The notes: generated from the letters alone by a model not told the origin. 64,000 bases of DNA from Sminthopsis crassicaudata (GCF_048593235.1 NC_133620.1:75828852-75892851), one strand, 5' to 3'; counted from the stretch's first letter, positions 48,396 through 62,077 are shown. Numbers and translations: made by a program.

Positions 48396-49735
48396 GAACT
48401 TTGTTTGACATTCACTTCTTGTTATCTGTTGAGCCATAGACTAGCCAGAATATGGCTACCAAAAGACTATTTTCTTGTAAGAGAGTTGACTAAGAAATAA
48501 AATTTGTTCTAAGACATCTCTCAGGTATTGATGCAATCATCTTTTAGATTTTAATAAAAGTCTCTAACAAATCTTTCTTATATAGCTGTTTGTATAGGAT
48601 TTTGATTTTTTAAACATTTTAAATGGTTTCTATGCAATATTCTATTTGACCCTCCCAATAGTTCTGTGAGATAGCCAGTGTATATATTATTATCTACATT
48701 CACAGATAAGGAAACTAGGTTAGTAGGATCTGCCAGGACTTTTGATCCACTGAGAACACAACAACATCTTGAGACTATAAGGAAAAAGCCTAGTAGGAAT
48801 TGAGTGGAGATTCCATTGACGTAAATTTCAATTTTCTGCAAAAATAGAATGCAATATGACTATGATCCAAAGTAGATTCAGAACTCTTCAACAGACTTTC
48901 TGTATCATATCTGAAAACTTAGGATAATGAGTTTTTCTGAGACTGAAATTCCACATCTGTGGGGGAAAAGGTTAAAATAAGGATCATTTATCTTAGAAAT
49001 CTCATATAGTCCAACATAGAATGTAATTTTAAAAACATTTCCCTGTAGACAAATGATATATTTAGAAATTCAATCTTGAGAAATAAGTAAACAATTGAAA
49101 TCCTTAGGAGAAAATCTAATGGAGTTTACTCAATGTTGTGGATTTCCACAGTAGGATTATTCAGCTCCTCCTGTGGAGTTAATCAGCAGTTGAAAATCAG
49201 AAATACGTCATTGCCTTAATTACATTAACATTCAAAGAAGATCACAGAGCTAGTTGCTTGGAAGATAGACTACCAGAAAAGCTGGGTATTTCTGAATCTG
49301 ATCCAGTATTCTTCTTCATAAAAAAATCTAGTTAACAAATTCAGTGAACAATTCATGACTTAAAAGATGAGTTCTCCATTACATATAAGGACATTGCAAC
49401 TTAAAGAACACTGAGGAAAAACAATACTCCTCGCACATTTTTAAATTTAATCTGCATTATTTAACTTTTTCTCCATTACTTTCTTTTCTTCTCAATCTGG
49501 CTTTCCTACTTTACCAGTCCTCTCACTTTTTCTACCTTCAACATATTTTACAATCCAGCAACAATGAATATTCCTCATTAAATCTGTGTTTTTTTACTTC
49601 TGAAATCTAGATAGTCAACAAAACAATAAAGCAACCCCCAATTTGTAGCATTAATTGATTTCTAAGGTGTTAAGACTCACATGGAAAATTTAATATTTGG
49701 CTTTGGTGAATTAATATTCCCTACATATGCTGTGT

Positions 49736-50321
49736 TGTTAGGATTACAAGGTGATAACTCAGGTTGTCTAAACAATTCTCTAGCTCAGAGTTCATAGCTT
49801 TAGGAGTTTACACCTTTAGACTTCTGAAAAGGAGTTTACACATTTAAAGGAGTTTACACCTTTAAAAGGAGTTCTAAAAAGGAGTTTACACAACCTTTAA
49901 AAGGAGCAAGTTCATTGGTTGAAGAAGTTCCCATAAGTGCCTGGGAGTTCTCACTAGCCCAATCTCTGCTAGGATAAAAGAGGAGGGTAGTCGGGCAAAG
50001 AAGTAGTCTAGACTGGGAGATTGAGTTTAGACGGCAGTCTGCAAGGAGAGAGTCTGTATTGGGGAAGGATAAGAGCTAGAGGAGATTCAGAGCCAGGATT
50101 CAGGAAGAAGAAGAGGCTGGCTGGATGCTCCAGAAGCCTCCCAAAGAAACCTGCTCACAGAGGAAAAGATTATACAGAACAGAAACCTCCTCCCAGAGAA
50201 CGATCACAAATTGAGAGCTACAGAACATTACATTTGGCACCCAATGTGGGGCAAAGACTTTTGCTTATCCTGGCAAGGACTTATTCTGAGCCCTTCAGAG
50301 GAGCTAGCCCAGACCTTTACA
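49736..50321 (+). mobile_element. ERV2-like LTR element with internal PBS
   Basis: TGTTAG...TTTACA ends, TSD CTGTGT/CTATGT, U3 tandem repeats, PBS at 50235-50252. Confidence 0.8.
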
Positions 50322-50529
50322 CTATGTATTTGCTTTCCTGGTAGAATTAGGTTATGTTTAACCACCTACAAAATTTTAAACTTTTTTTGTGATGACTGTT
50401 CCATAGTTTGGGAGGCTGAACCAAATCTAAAAAAATAATATAGAAGTAAATGTCATGTCTTACATTTGGGTTTTAAAAAAATCAACTTCACAGGCTTAAA
50501 GTGAAAGAGATTTGGTTTCACCATTTAGT

Positions 50530-51320
50530 CAAAACAGATCTAAAGGTTATGCGTAACTTTAAGCATAATATGTATCAACAGTATGACATGATAGCCAAGA
50601 AAGCTTGCACAGAGTAGGTATTTAATTAGTTGTATTGACATAAGTGATACAACATTTGAGATGAGGGAAGGAATAACACTAGTGGATTCTGCATTGGCCA
50701 GATCACATTTGGCCTATTGTTCTCAGGTCTGGGTGGCACATTTTAGAAAGGACATGGAAAAGTTGGAGTTTCAAGAAGACAAAACTAGGAAAGTGAAGAT
50801 GTCAAATTCATGCCATCTGTAGGTGAAGTAAAGAAAGAAAGGAGCTGAAGGAAGAAAGGAGGTGAAGGAAGATAAGAAGAAAGGAAAGGAAAAAAAAAGA
50901 AGGAAATAAACATTTACAAAATACCTTCTATGTGCACTGTGTTAGGTGTTTCATAAATATTAGCTCATTTGATAATTGGAACATAATAGCTCTCTTCAAA
51001 TACTTGAAGAGCTCTCTCATGCATGGATAATTAGAGTTGTTCTGAGTGACCACAAGTGCCAGAATTAGAAGTAATTAAAAGAAAGTAAAAAGAAGTAAAT
51101 GTAGACTTGATGGTAGGAAAAAAAATCCTCATAAAACCTACAAACTAAAAATGAGTTGTCTTGGAAAGTAAAAGATTTCCACTCACTTTAGGTCTTCAAG
51201 CAAGAAGTTGAAGGGTCCTTTTTCAGTTATGGCATAGAAGGGAATCCTTGGCCAGTTATAGACTGGCTCTCTTAGGTCCCTTTCAACTCCAAAATTCTTG
51301 ATTCTATAATTTCTAGATCT
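50530..51320 (+). mobile_element. L3/CR1 fragment interrupted by a MIR-like piece
   Basis: 'ctgcattggccagatcacatttgg...tctgggtggcacattttagaaaggac' and 'ggtcttcaagcaag'. Confidence 0.7.
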
Positions 51321-52560
51321 ATAGAATCTAGAATTCTTGATTCTATAATGTAATGAGACAATTAATGATAATATAATGATAAAATAATAAAAATAAGTAA
51401 CAATATTAAGATACTAATATCAAACATTATATCTGGCATTTATAAAGTCCTTGAAGGTTTATAAAATGCTTTTCATATTATTTCATTTGAACCTCACACA
51501 CAGCCTCTTGAGTTTGGTGCTATTATTATATCTATTTTATAGATGAGGAAACTGAAGCTGAACATGAAACTAAATGGCTCATAGAAGGTTGACATAACCA
51601 TAACAGTATTTAAAGCATTGGAGAAAACATGGCATAGCCATAGTAGAAGATAAATGTATAGAAAAGCATTCTTTTCCTCTTGCAGGATAGTTTTCCTTTC
51701 TTTTGCTGGTTATAATCATATTAATGATACAATAATTTCTATTTTGTAATCCTATAAAAAACAATTTGGAGTGTATTCCATTATAACAATTCACTGTTGT
51801 AACCATCTCTCTTGTTAGGGCCAGAAGCTATGACCTAGAAGAATAGCCCCAAACTCCTGGCCCATGATCTGGATGCACAATTGGTGGTTACCTGACTCAC
51901 CATCATATCTAGATGTAGATCCAGCCATGCTCCATCTTACTCCCAACTTTCTTCTATTCAGATTTCACTCCTGTAGCTTTCCAAACCAAAATACCTTATG
52001 ACTCTTATATGTATCATTTTTTTCAGTAGTGTTTTATTTCTTCCAAATGCATACAAAGATAGTTTTCAACATTCACCTCTGCAAAAAAAAAAAAAATACC
52101 AAAAAAAAAAGCCCAAAACAAATCTTCTATATATCATTCACCCCATTAAAATTTAAGTTTCCTGAGGATAGTGACAACTTTTGCTTTTTTTTTATTCCTA
52201 GCACTTAGTTGTATTTGGCACAGAGTAAATAATTAATGAGTTCACATTAATTAATTCATTTATTCATTCATTTCATTTTTTCATGCTATTGTGGGAAACA
52301 CAGAGCCTGGAAGCCAAGGAGTTGAATTTCATTCTTGCTTCTGATGATTGCTGCTGTGTGGGCAAGGACAAGTACTTCACTTTATGTCCTTGGGTCTCAG
52401 TTTCTTCCCCTATAAAATCAAATTTGATGTCTTTCAAGGCCCCTTCCATGTCTAGATCTAGATCTCTTTACCGATTTTTTTATCTTAATTCCTTGAATCT
52501 TGACCCATCCCAAGTCATCTCAGTCATTGGACCAAATAAGATCTTTACCATATAACATCT

Positions 52561-52916
52561 ACTCCTCCCCTTTTGCTTTACAATTGAAGAAACTTAGCCC
52601 TAGGGATGTTAAGTAACTTGCCAGTGGTAATAAGGTAATAAATATTAGTCAGTAATCGAATTGAGGTCCTTTGACTTCAGCCAGTGAACTTTTCATTGTA
52701 CCACATTGCTTCCCAATATGGTTACTTACTGAGCTCAACATATACCACCCACTCATCCCCTTTTGTTCTACAATTGAAGAAACTTAGACCTTGGGATGTT
52801 AAGTAAGTTGACGGTGGTAATAAAGTAATAAATATTAGTCAGTAATTGAACTCTGACTCCAGCCAGTGGACTTTTCATTATACCACATTGCTTCTCAATA
52901 TGGCTACTTATTGAGC
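52561..52916. repeat. Tandem duplication of a ~190-bp MIR-derived unit
   Basis: 52561-52750 versus 52751-52916. Confidence 0.9.
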
Positions 52917-54200
52917 ACTTGATTTTCAGGTAGGCCTGTTGACAAGATCTAATATGTGATAATAGAAGGAATTATTAGAAAAACAGCCAGATTGGTCTTG
53001 CTGGGTAACCCCAACCAAAAAAGCTGTGTTAAATGCATGAACTAGGAGAAATGGGAGTTATCAAATTCCCTAAGGCAGTCTGCCATTGGTAGAGAAAACA
53101 AGAAATGATTCATTGCTATGAGACAGAATAAAGGCCATAAGCATTTGAACTTCTTTCCCTCCATCTTCTGGTACATTCAGAACAACAAGATGTCAGTAAT
53201 ATTTTAGGTAATTTTGTTTATTTTCTATTTTATTGTCAGTGATTTTTGTTTAAAAATTGAAGGAAGAGGTTAGATGAGCATTTAAGGACAAATGTTAACT
53301 TAATTTCATACATCATTAGTCTCCTGGGGGCAGTACATAAACTAGGGTACAGAGGTCTCCTCAGGGGCTTCCTGAAACTTGAAGCAGTAACTGAAGAATC
53401 ATTTTAGGCAGCTATGATTGGAGTCCATGTTGTTCCCTCTTGCCTTTTCCCCTGGAGTGAATAGAAAGCATACACTGACCCTAATAGTTGATTTAAAAAA
53501 GGAAGGATGTAAAAGGACAAGGGGTAGGGGGTGAAGGAATGAAGAAGAGTGAATATTTTAAAATGATTGTATCACAGAAATTAGAACATAGAAATTAGAA
53601 CATTGAGAGGGAGTAAGACACATTTGTTAATCACTTATTATATGCAAAGTACTCCCATAGATACTTAGGATATAAAGATGAACAACTATTTCTTTATGTC
53701 AGGAAATTTGTAGTCTCATATCAGAATTATAGTATGTTGTTATACTAAGTTGGCTATGATAAAAACAAAAGAGTCATAAGAAGATATTAAAAAATGTCTG
53801 TGTTGACCATGGACTATGAAGACTGGGGTTTTAATGCTTCATTTGGCAATTAATAGCTACATGGAGGAGACTCGGAGATTCTTTCTCAGTAACATGGAGA
53901 TGATAATATTTGTGGTACTTATATCCCTAGGTCATTGGGAGGAAACTTCTGTTGTAGATCTTAAAATGCTTTAGATATATGAGTTCTATAAGTTTGAAGG
54001 ACTTAAGACATCTGATTGATAAAGTGATCATATATTCAATGAATTGATGAAAAGTGTTATTCAATTCCTAAAAGGAAGGTGATGGATTCAGGGCACAGGA
54101 TGACACTTATTTTTGGATATGGTCCTGTGTGGAAGTTGTGTTTTTTTAAACTATGAATATTTATTATAAATCTTGTATTGTTCTCTCTTTGTTTACTTTT

Positions 54201-54329
54201 TGTGAGGCAATTAGAGTTAAGTGATTTGTCCAGATCACACAGTTAGTAAGTATTAAGTGTCTGAGGCTGGATTTGAATTTAGGTCCTCATGACTCCAGGA
54301 CCAGTGCTCTATCCATTGTGTCACCTATC
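54201..54329 (-). mobile_element. Marsupial CORE-SINE
   Basis: 'gaggcaattagagttaagtg...gtgctctatccattgtgtcacct'. Confidence 0.85.
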
Positions 54330-57275
54330 CATTCTCTCTTTTTAAAAAATGTGGGCAGACAGGAGGGATAGAAAACAGATTTTTGTTAAGTGAGAAAAAA
54401 TAAAAGGAAAAATAAAAGAAACGTTAGTTGTAGTTACAGTTCCTTCAGTGATTTCATAAGTCTGCCTAGCACAGCAAAATGAAACTGAAGCCCAAAGACT
54501 TTGAGATATTATATGATCTTGAGTTCACACAACATATGTAGTAGATCATGGATCTGAATCCAAATTCTTGGACTCTAAAATGGGGGCATTTTCTCCAACA
54601 TACTATGCTTCTTTTATGTTTTAGGATTTTTAAGAGTATTCATCTAAGATTGTTTGAATAAAATTTTAAAGGAGTCATGTACCATAGTCATATTGTATGC
54701 TGATTTTTTTGGGGGGGGGAGGGCTGATATATCCTGCAAAAATATCTACTTATTACTATGACTGTCAAATCAATAAGCACTTAGTAAGTGCCTAATATGT
54801 GCCAGGCACAGGACATTAAATGGACCACTCAGAAAATGACTTGAATTCCAGAGGATATAAATGGGCAATCAAGAGGTCAAATTTTCATGGAGCCCTTTAT
54901 ATGGTCAAAGACTGAACTCACCAAAATTCATCATTACAGCTGCATGTTGCAATGAGCAAAGATAAATTAGACCATTTAACATAATGGATCTACAGGAAAA
55001 TACAACAGATTTCTCTTTTTATTTTTAATCTTCTTACCTTAAAGAAAAAGGATCTCTATTATGTGAATTCTATAAGAATTTTAGGAAAACAGAAAGTACC
55101 TGACTATAAATGCTCAGGATGACATCAATACATTATATACATTTGCCCAGTTTTTAAAAAATCAGCCAAAAAACCTTTAGTAGAAACATGATTTTCATTA
55201 ACATTGATGAGAAATTGATGCTTAAAACATAATACTTTTTTTCTGCTGATAGTTTTGAGTAGCATTCTCAAAATCCTGTGGCTCATAGATTTGTGATTTC
55301 CATCCAGAGATGCAGATCAAAATCTTTCCATACCTTCCCAATCTGTGTGTCTCTTGTTCATGTCCTTCCATATGTTCACATAGTCAAGATACAGTGGGAT
55401 AAATACTCTTCTAGTACTATACAATATGTCTCTCAAATCACAGTAGCTTTTTTGGTACTCATATTGAGCTTAAGAAATAAATAGTTCAAATGTATTTTAT
55501 TTTCTTATACAATAATCTGGTTCAACATAAGGGGCAGACATAATTTTTACTGTGTGAATGGAATGGACTTACATGTCAGGACTAAAAAAGCTTTCTTGAG
55601 TTCATAAAGCTTGTACTAATGAAACCTAAGATGGAACACTGTACTCCTATTGCATAGGGTACTACTTTTTTTATTAGACTATACACTTTTTAACTTTAAT
55701 TATCATACTTGATTGCTTTGACAAAATAAGCCAAAGGCAATCAAGATGACTGATCAACTTTTATTCCCTATAATTTGTCATAGTGGGCATGGGGATAAAG
55801 TATTTACCCAAGATACAAGTACAATCTAGAGAAAGTCTACAATCAAATGTCTATTTTCTCAGTCTGAATCTATTTTGTGAACTTAAACTCATATGAGTCA
55901 GCATGGAAATTTTGAGGTTAGTTAATATTGGTATGGATGTTGTTGCTTTTAATAGTCTATTTATATTAATTACAGTCAATATCTGACTTTATGATGATGT
56001 CTTCTTTGACTCAGCAATGATTTTATCCCTAAGTTTATGTCTTAGTGATAAGAATTGTAATAGATCAGGCAGTAGTTTGTGACCACACAGATCATTTGAA
56101 TAACTTTTCTTTTCATTATTCTTAAAAGGTAAATGAGTAAAATATGCTCATCAGTATACAAATACTAAAATAGATCTGTGATCTTAATAATTTGGAATTC
56201 TTCTCCAGGGATGCAGATCATAATCTATTCATGTGTGCCCATCATCTGGAATTTTTTTCCCTCACATTCTTCCATAAGTGGAAATTTGCTGCAGATCTTT
56301 CTCTCTCTCTTTTGATAACATGAAGGTACCATTGTAACTCTCTGACTGCCCTTGCCATCTTTCACCCTCCCCATATGATAGGCCTATCTTCTTTTATCTC
56401 ATATTTTTCTTTATATCTTTGATACTGTTCTTCTTTGAAGTTCCTTACTGGTCATATGCCCTAACCTATTTACATTTACCAGGAAGCTTTCCATTTTCCA
56501 TTGCTGACATATTTTAAAAAAATTCTTTCAAGAGTACTGTATTCTATATTTTCCCAAAGTGAGATCAAAATGAGTAGAAAATGTATAATATTTACAAACA
56601 GAACAATACATAGACTCTTCTGTATCAGATATAAATTTCCTTTTAATGGTTCCCTTCAGAGAAATACTTTCATACAAACTGGAATGAAAGAAAAAGATAT
56701 CCAATCTCACAATACTATCCAACTATCTATATGTAATTTTGCTATAATTATTTTTATTATCAGGTATAGAATATATGAATGGTCAGCATTATACCTTGAT
56801 GAAATGGACATGAGGAACTTGACCTTGTATGACTTTAAGTTTGAATTCTGGCAATGCTATGTGTGATTTTAGGCAAGTCACTTAACTTTATGGGATCTGA
56901 ATTTTATCACCTATAAAATGAAGTGTTGAACTAGGTAAACTGAAAATTAATTTAGTTTTAGATCTTTTAAAACTATTATTTCATCCTAAGTCCTTGCTAC
57001 AGAACCCTTCATTATGACATATTTAGATGGAGTATGGGTCACTGCATATCCCTCAAATATTAAAATATTAAACAGGATTAATTATATGAGAAGATGGAGC
57101 AGTTGGTGTACCTTAAAGCCCACTAAAAAAATCCTTCCTTACTCTTCTGGTAGGTATTTTAATACCCTATAAGATATCTTTAGAACGCTATAAGTTCTCT
57201 AGATATATAATCCTATAAGATATCTATATCTACCTTATCAAATATCTAAATAATTTAGAAATTCATACCTTTAGG

Positions 57276-57497
57276 CAATGGTGTGCTAATAAATGTTTAA
57301 CAACTAGTTATCTTAAAAATAAAAATTATAGCACATGTTTAAGTTTAAAATGCATTACTTCTTTAAGTCTAGACAAACAAAGCAATAGTTAAACCTTGAT
57401 TTGTAGTGCTTAGAGATTTCTAAGTTACAAATACTGAAAATTTGACAATCAGCTCTAGTAAGCTAACAGCAATTGACTCTAGTGCACTATCACATTG
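57276..57497. mobile_element. Probable non-autonomous hAT MITE (MARWOLEN-like)
   Basis: Starts 'caatggtgtgctaataaatgtttaacaac' with a degenerate inverted end; no clear 8-bp TSD. Confidence 0.4.
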
Positions 57498-57770
57498 TCT
57501 TGAACATTTTTTGGTCCCCAAGGAGTTTTTGGTCTTTAAGTCCCTTGTTAAGAAGCAAATACTCTGAAAGGAATAATACCTAACCACGAACACTTTAGAG
57601 TAAACTGCTTTTAAGGATGAAACTTTCTAAAAATGAAAACCACCTAAAAGCATAGAATCTGATAGAAATGATCTATAGAGTAGATAGTAGATGGATGGAG
57701 GATAGTATCAAAGTTGGACCATAACTTTTTGAAGTCTCCTGAGAGGAATGCCTGATTCTCATATATTTAA

Positions 57771-57773
<3 letters not shown>

Positions 57774-57825
<52 letters not shown>
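57774..57825. repeat. (AC)n microsatellite
   Basis: Seen directly. Confidence 0.95.
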
Positions 57826-57829
<4 letters not shown>

Positions 57830-58025
57830 CTTTCCTATTTTACTTTACACCATTTCTCCCATTCATTAAGTGCTTTCTATATGGCAGGTACTGTGCTAAG
57901 TGCTCAGAAACATTTAGATGGTATGATGAGTAAAGCACTGGATCTGGAATTAGAAAGATCTGAGTTCAAATTTAGCCTCAGACACTTATTAGTTATGTGA
58001 GCCTGGGCAAGTCAGTTGACCTCTC

Positions 58026-58172
58026 NNNNNNNNNNNNNNNNNNNNNNNNNNNNNNNNNNNNNNNNNNNNNNNNNNNNNNNNNNNNNNNNNNNNNNNNNNN
58101 NNNNNNNNNNNNNNNNNNNNNNNNNNNNNNNNNNNNNNNNNNNNNNNNNNNNNNNNNNNNNNNNNNNNNNNN
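58026..58172. other. Assembly gap (147 N) within a MIR
   Basis: N run. Confidence 1.
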
Positions 58173-59330
58173 GTGAGGTTCAAATGAGATATTGGTAAAG
58201 TGTTTAGTATAGTGCCTGACACATAATAGGTGCTTAATAAGTGTTTGTTTCCTTCTTTCCTGAAGACACACAATTTTTTATTTCTTTCTTTTAAAAACAG
58301 CTTTTTTTTTTTTTTTTTTTTCTGCCAAGGAGCTTACATCCTAACAGGGATAATAATATAGGGGTTGTGGTGATCAAGTAAGAGAGTTTTATCTGAGAGG
58401 TGGAAAATGGCAAGCTGATGAGATGACCAAGGTATATGACTGGATGATAAATGATATTAAAGCATGATCTGGTGTCTTGAGCCAGACATTAGATTTAATA
58501 GCTAAGTAGGCTAGTTTGTACACATTACTATCAATCAACCAATTTGGGCTTGAAGAAGAATGGATTAACTTTTCCAGTGTTTCTTATTTCTAATCATTTC
58601 CCCCAACAAAAATGCAGTAAGGAAATTTAAATTAGAATAGAAATATTTTTATCTGAAAGATTTTGTTAATTTTAGTAATAACACAGTATTAGGAAAAAGT
58701 TCAAGTTGCTCTAAAAATGAAAAATAATAAGTTTACTGTTTACAGAAATATCCAGACATTTTTATTTACATTATTATGTAGTGAATTAATCTTCTGTCCC
58801 ATCTTAGAGGACTACAAAGACTTAATATGCTTGAAATATTGAATTAATTTAAAAAGCACATTGTTGATTCAGAAATCCTTTGATAGATCAATTCACCAAA
58901 AAAAAAAAAAAGTCAACAAAGTTTATGCATGACTTATTTTGAATGTAGTTTTATTTCTATGGCAAAGTTTAGAAGCACTTTGTACTTTTCCATTATGATT
59001 TCAAAGTGCTAATTTCTCCTTGAAAAGTGGAAAATTCCCAATTTCTGCTGAGAGTTTTCCTTTGTGATTAAGAAAAAAAAGTTCATGTTTTGGGAAATCA
59101 TTGTTACAAGATTTATTGGTGCAAAGTGATGAGATTTTTTTTAATATCATAGAATAATATAACACATTATAATGAGAATGGAGCAAAGGTGCCTTTATCA
59201 ACACTCTCATAAATTTTTATAGTGCCAATCTGTAGAGTTATTTGTCAACATCATTGCATTGGAGAATTTTGTATGGTTGACTAAATTTGAGTTTTTCAAG
59301 ACACAATTACATTTACAAAGTTCTGTTCTT

Positions 59331-59495
59331 GAGGCAGCTAGGTGATACAGTGGATAGAACATCAGACCTGAAATTAGGAGGACCTGAGTTCATATCTAGC
59401 CTCAGACATTTAACACTTCCTAGCTGTGTGACCCTGGGCAAGTCACTTAACCCCAATTGCCTCAGCACACACACACAAAATAAATAAAAATTTAA
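59331..59495 (+). mobile_element. Marsupial CORE-SINE with TSD
   Basis: TSD aaagttct(g/a)ttctt at 59317-59330/59496-59509. Confidence 0.92.
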
Positions 59496-61814
59496 AAAGT
59501 TCTATTCTTGACTAAGGGAGCAAGCAAGTAGGAGAACTTTTTCATTCCTTTGTTCCCATATCTTTGTCCCCCTCCCATTTTGATTGTTATTTTTCCTGTC
59601 CTCTCCTTCAATTCCTAAACACACACATATTTTTTCAGCCCTATGAATTATGGACTACCAGAATTTATTCTCAGTTGAAACTCAACTAATACTGCATAGG
59701 AGATTAGATTTTTCCAAAGGGTTTTCCTTTTGTGGGGCTATTTGCATCCTAATTTAAGCACCTCAAAAAAGTGAAAAATTTTTACATTCAAAATGAATGG
59801 AATACTGAATGGTAGAATTTCAATTTATTTGGTAGGGTAGCCTTGACATATGATGGACTGACTAAAGAATTGTGAATGAACTTGATTAAAAGCGAGTTTA
59901 AAAGATATCAATCCATTGATCCATCAATGAGTATTTGTTAACCAATGAATGACTTTGTATTAGCCATTGGGCTAACTATTGAGGGTGCAAAGAAAAAACA
60001 ATAATTCCTAATCTCAGGGAATTTATATTATAAGGAGGAAGAAAACATGAAAAGTATACAAACCAAGCAAATACAAAGTAACTTTAGAGGTGAAAGTACT
60101 AGCAGTTGGGACTAGGGCTAGAGTGGGGCTAGAAGGCAGACTACAGAAGTCTTCTGAAGAAGCAAATTAAAAACAGAACAGCTTGAGAGCCAAACTAACT
60201 AACCTATGTAGAATTTCCCACAAAATCTCATATATCAGATTGCCTAATTAGTTATACATTAAGGATGAAGTTAATTGGAAATGTATATGTTGACTGAGAA
60301 AAACAGAAGATATAGTGCATTAGAAATGTCATTGAGCTTGAAGCCAAAGAGTATAGCTTCCAATTCCACCTTCCACTATGAAAGTTGCATCATTTAAATT
60401 TGCTGGACCAGTTTTCTTAGCTATAAAATAGAGGGGCTTGGAAAAGCTCAAGATTCCTTTCAATTCTAATTTCAATGTTCCTGTCCCAATTGTAATTATT
60501 TTAGTGTTAAATTCAAATGTTTGTCTTTTTCACTAAAGTTTCCACTTCTTGATAAAAAGAAATACATACAGTTAAAAGATACCCCCCCAAAAAAAAGAAT
60601 GTGAGAAGAAAAAAAAATTAAAATCTAAAATTAGAAGAGGACAAATTTTCAAGCTCCTAAGAAACTTGGCAAAATTTACAATATTAGAAAGTCACTGTTC
60701 CTTATTTTCTTTTCTACCTGATAAACTGAAACTGTAACCAATCAACAAATATTTCTAGGATTTTATAATACTCCTTGGAAAATGGATAAATTGTTGCATT
60801 CTGTCTACTACACTGGGTTATTTTGAGGAGGTTATGTTATAAACCTTAAAGTAGCTATGTAAGAGGAAATTATTATTAGTTGAAGATTCATTGTCTAACT
60901 TGAGTTATAAAATTTTAGAGTCTTTAGATAGAAGGGACTATGCAGAAGTTTACTTCTGCTGCTAATAAATTTTGTGATATTGTTCAAATTACTTAACTAT
61001 TTGGAAAATGAGGGAGTTTATGAGGTGGTGTGATTGATTCAGTGGTCAAATGATCTTTTATTTTATATGCTGATCTATCTCCAGCCTAATATTCTTAGCT
61101 TATACCACATTACTTTCTTTTGTGTATTTTGTATTCCAGCCAGACTAGCCAATTTGTCTTACTTGAATTTGGCATTTCATTTTCTGCCCTCTTTCTGTAC
61201 ATGTTACATACTTCCCCTTCCCTCCAACTAGAATCAAGCTCTTTTGAGCAAGGATTTTTTTTTCCTTTGCTTTGTTTTGTTTTTGTATCCATGGAACCTG
61301 GCACAGTACCTTGCACAAGGTAGGCAGTTAATAAATTCTTGTTTGATTGAGTTGGATTGGAATATGCCAATGTGGTTACACCTTCTTCCCAGATAATATT
61401 AACACATTATTAAATCAAACACCTTTACACCTAGGTGAATAGTTTTTGAAAGTTTCAGTGTAGGAAAAATTTAGCTCTCTGTGGATAGTCTAGTCATAAG
61501 ATCCACTGAATTTAGCTATTCTGGTTGCTGAACAATAATCTTACAGTTTGTCATGTGGCCCACTCGCGAAATTTTTCTGGTTTGGTAGGTAATCCTGCCA
61601 GAGTTTATGCTCCAAAGATAGAACATTTGAAATCTTAGGTAATCTCACTCTCATAATGAATTGTGGGAGGAGTGCTTTGGTAGAGAAAGATCCCTTCAAA
61701 CTATAAAATTCCATGTGCCTGTGCTCTAATTAAATCAACTAATCCTAGTAATATAGTCAACATAGAGTTTGCAAAGTGGGGGTGAGGGTGTGGGAGGAAG
61801 GGAAAAGAGAAGAA

Positions 61815-62077
61815 ATAAGCATTTATATAATGCCTACTCTGTGCCAGCCATAATGCTAAGCAGTTTTTGCCATTATTATCTAATTTTTTTTCTCATAGGA
61901 ATTCTGAGAGGTAGGTGTTATTATTATTCCCATTTTACAGTTGAGGAAAATGAACTTGACAAAAGTTAAATGACTTGACTAGAGTCATATAGCTTGTAAG
62001 CATCTGAGATCAAATTTGAACTCAGGTCTTCCTCATTACAGACCTAATATTCTATGCACTGCATTATTAGTTGCCCC
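61815..62077 (-). mobile_element. MIR/Mar SINE
   Basis: 'cccattttacagttgaggaaaatga...gttaaatgacttg...tttgaactcaggtcttcc'. Confidence 0.8.

Noticed and set aside
49802-49905. Short interspaced repeats resembling a CRISPR array
   Set aside because: Mammalian DNA; no unique spacers; lies inside an LTR U3.
50235-50252. tRNA-Lys gene fragment
   Set aside because: Only the 18-nt complement of the tRNA 3' end, directly after an LTR-type CA end, which is a retroviral PBS.
9063-58273. ORFs spanning N runs (9063-9443, 12904-13175, 57989-58273)
   Set aside because: Artefacts of gap translation.
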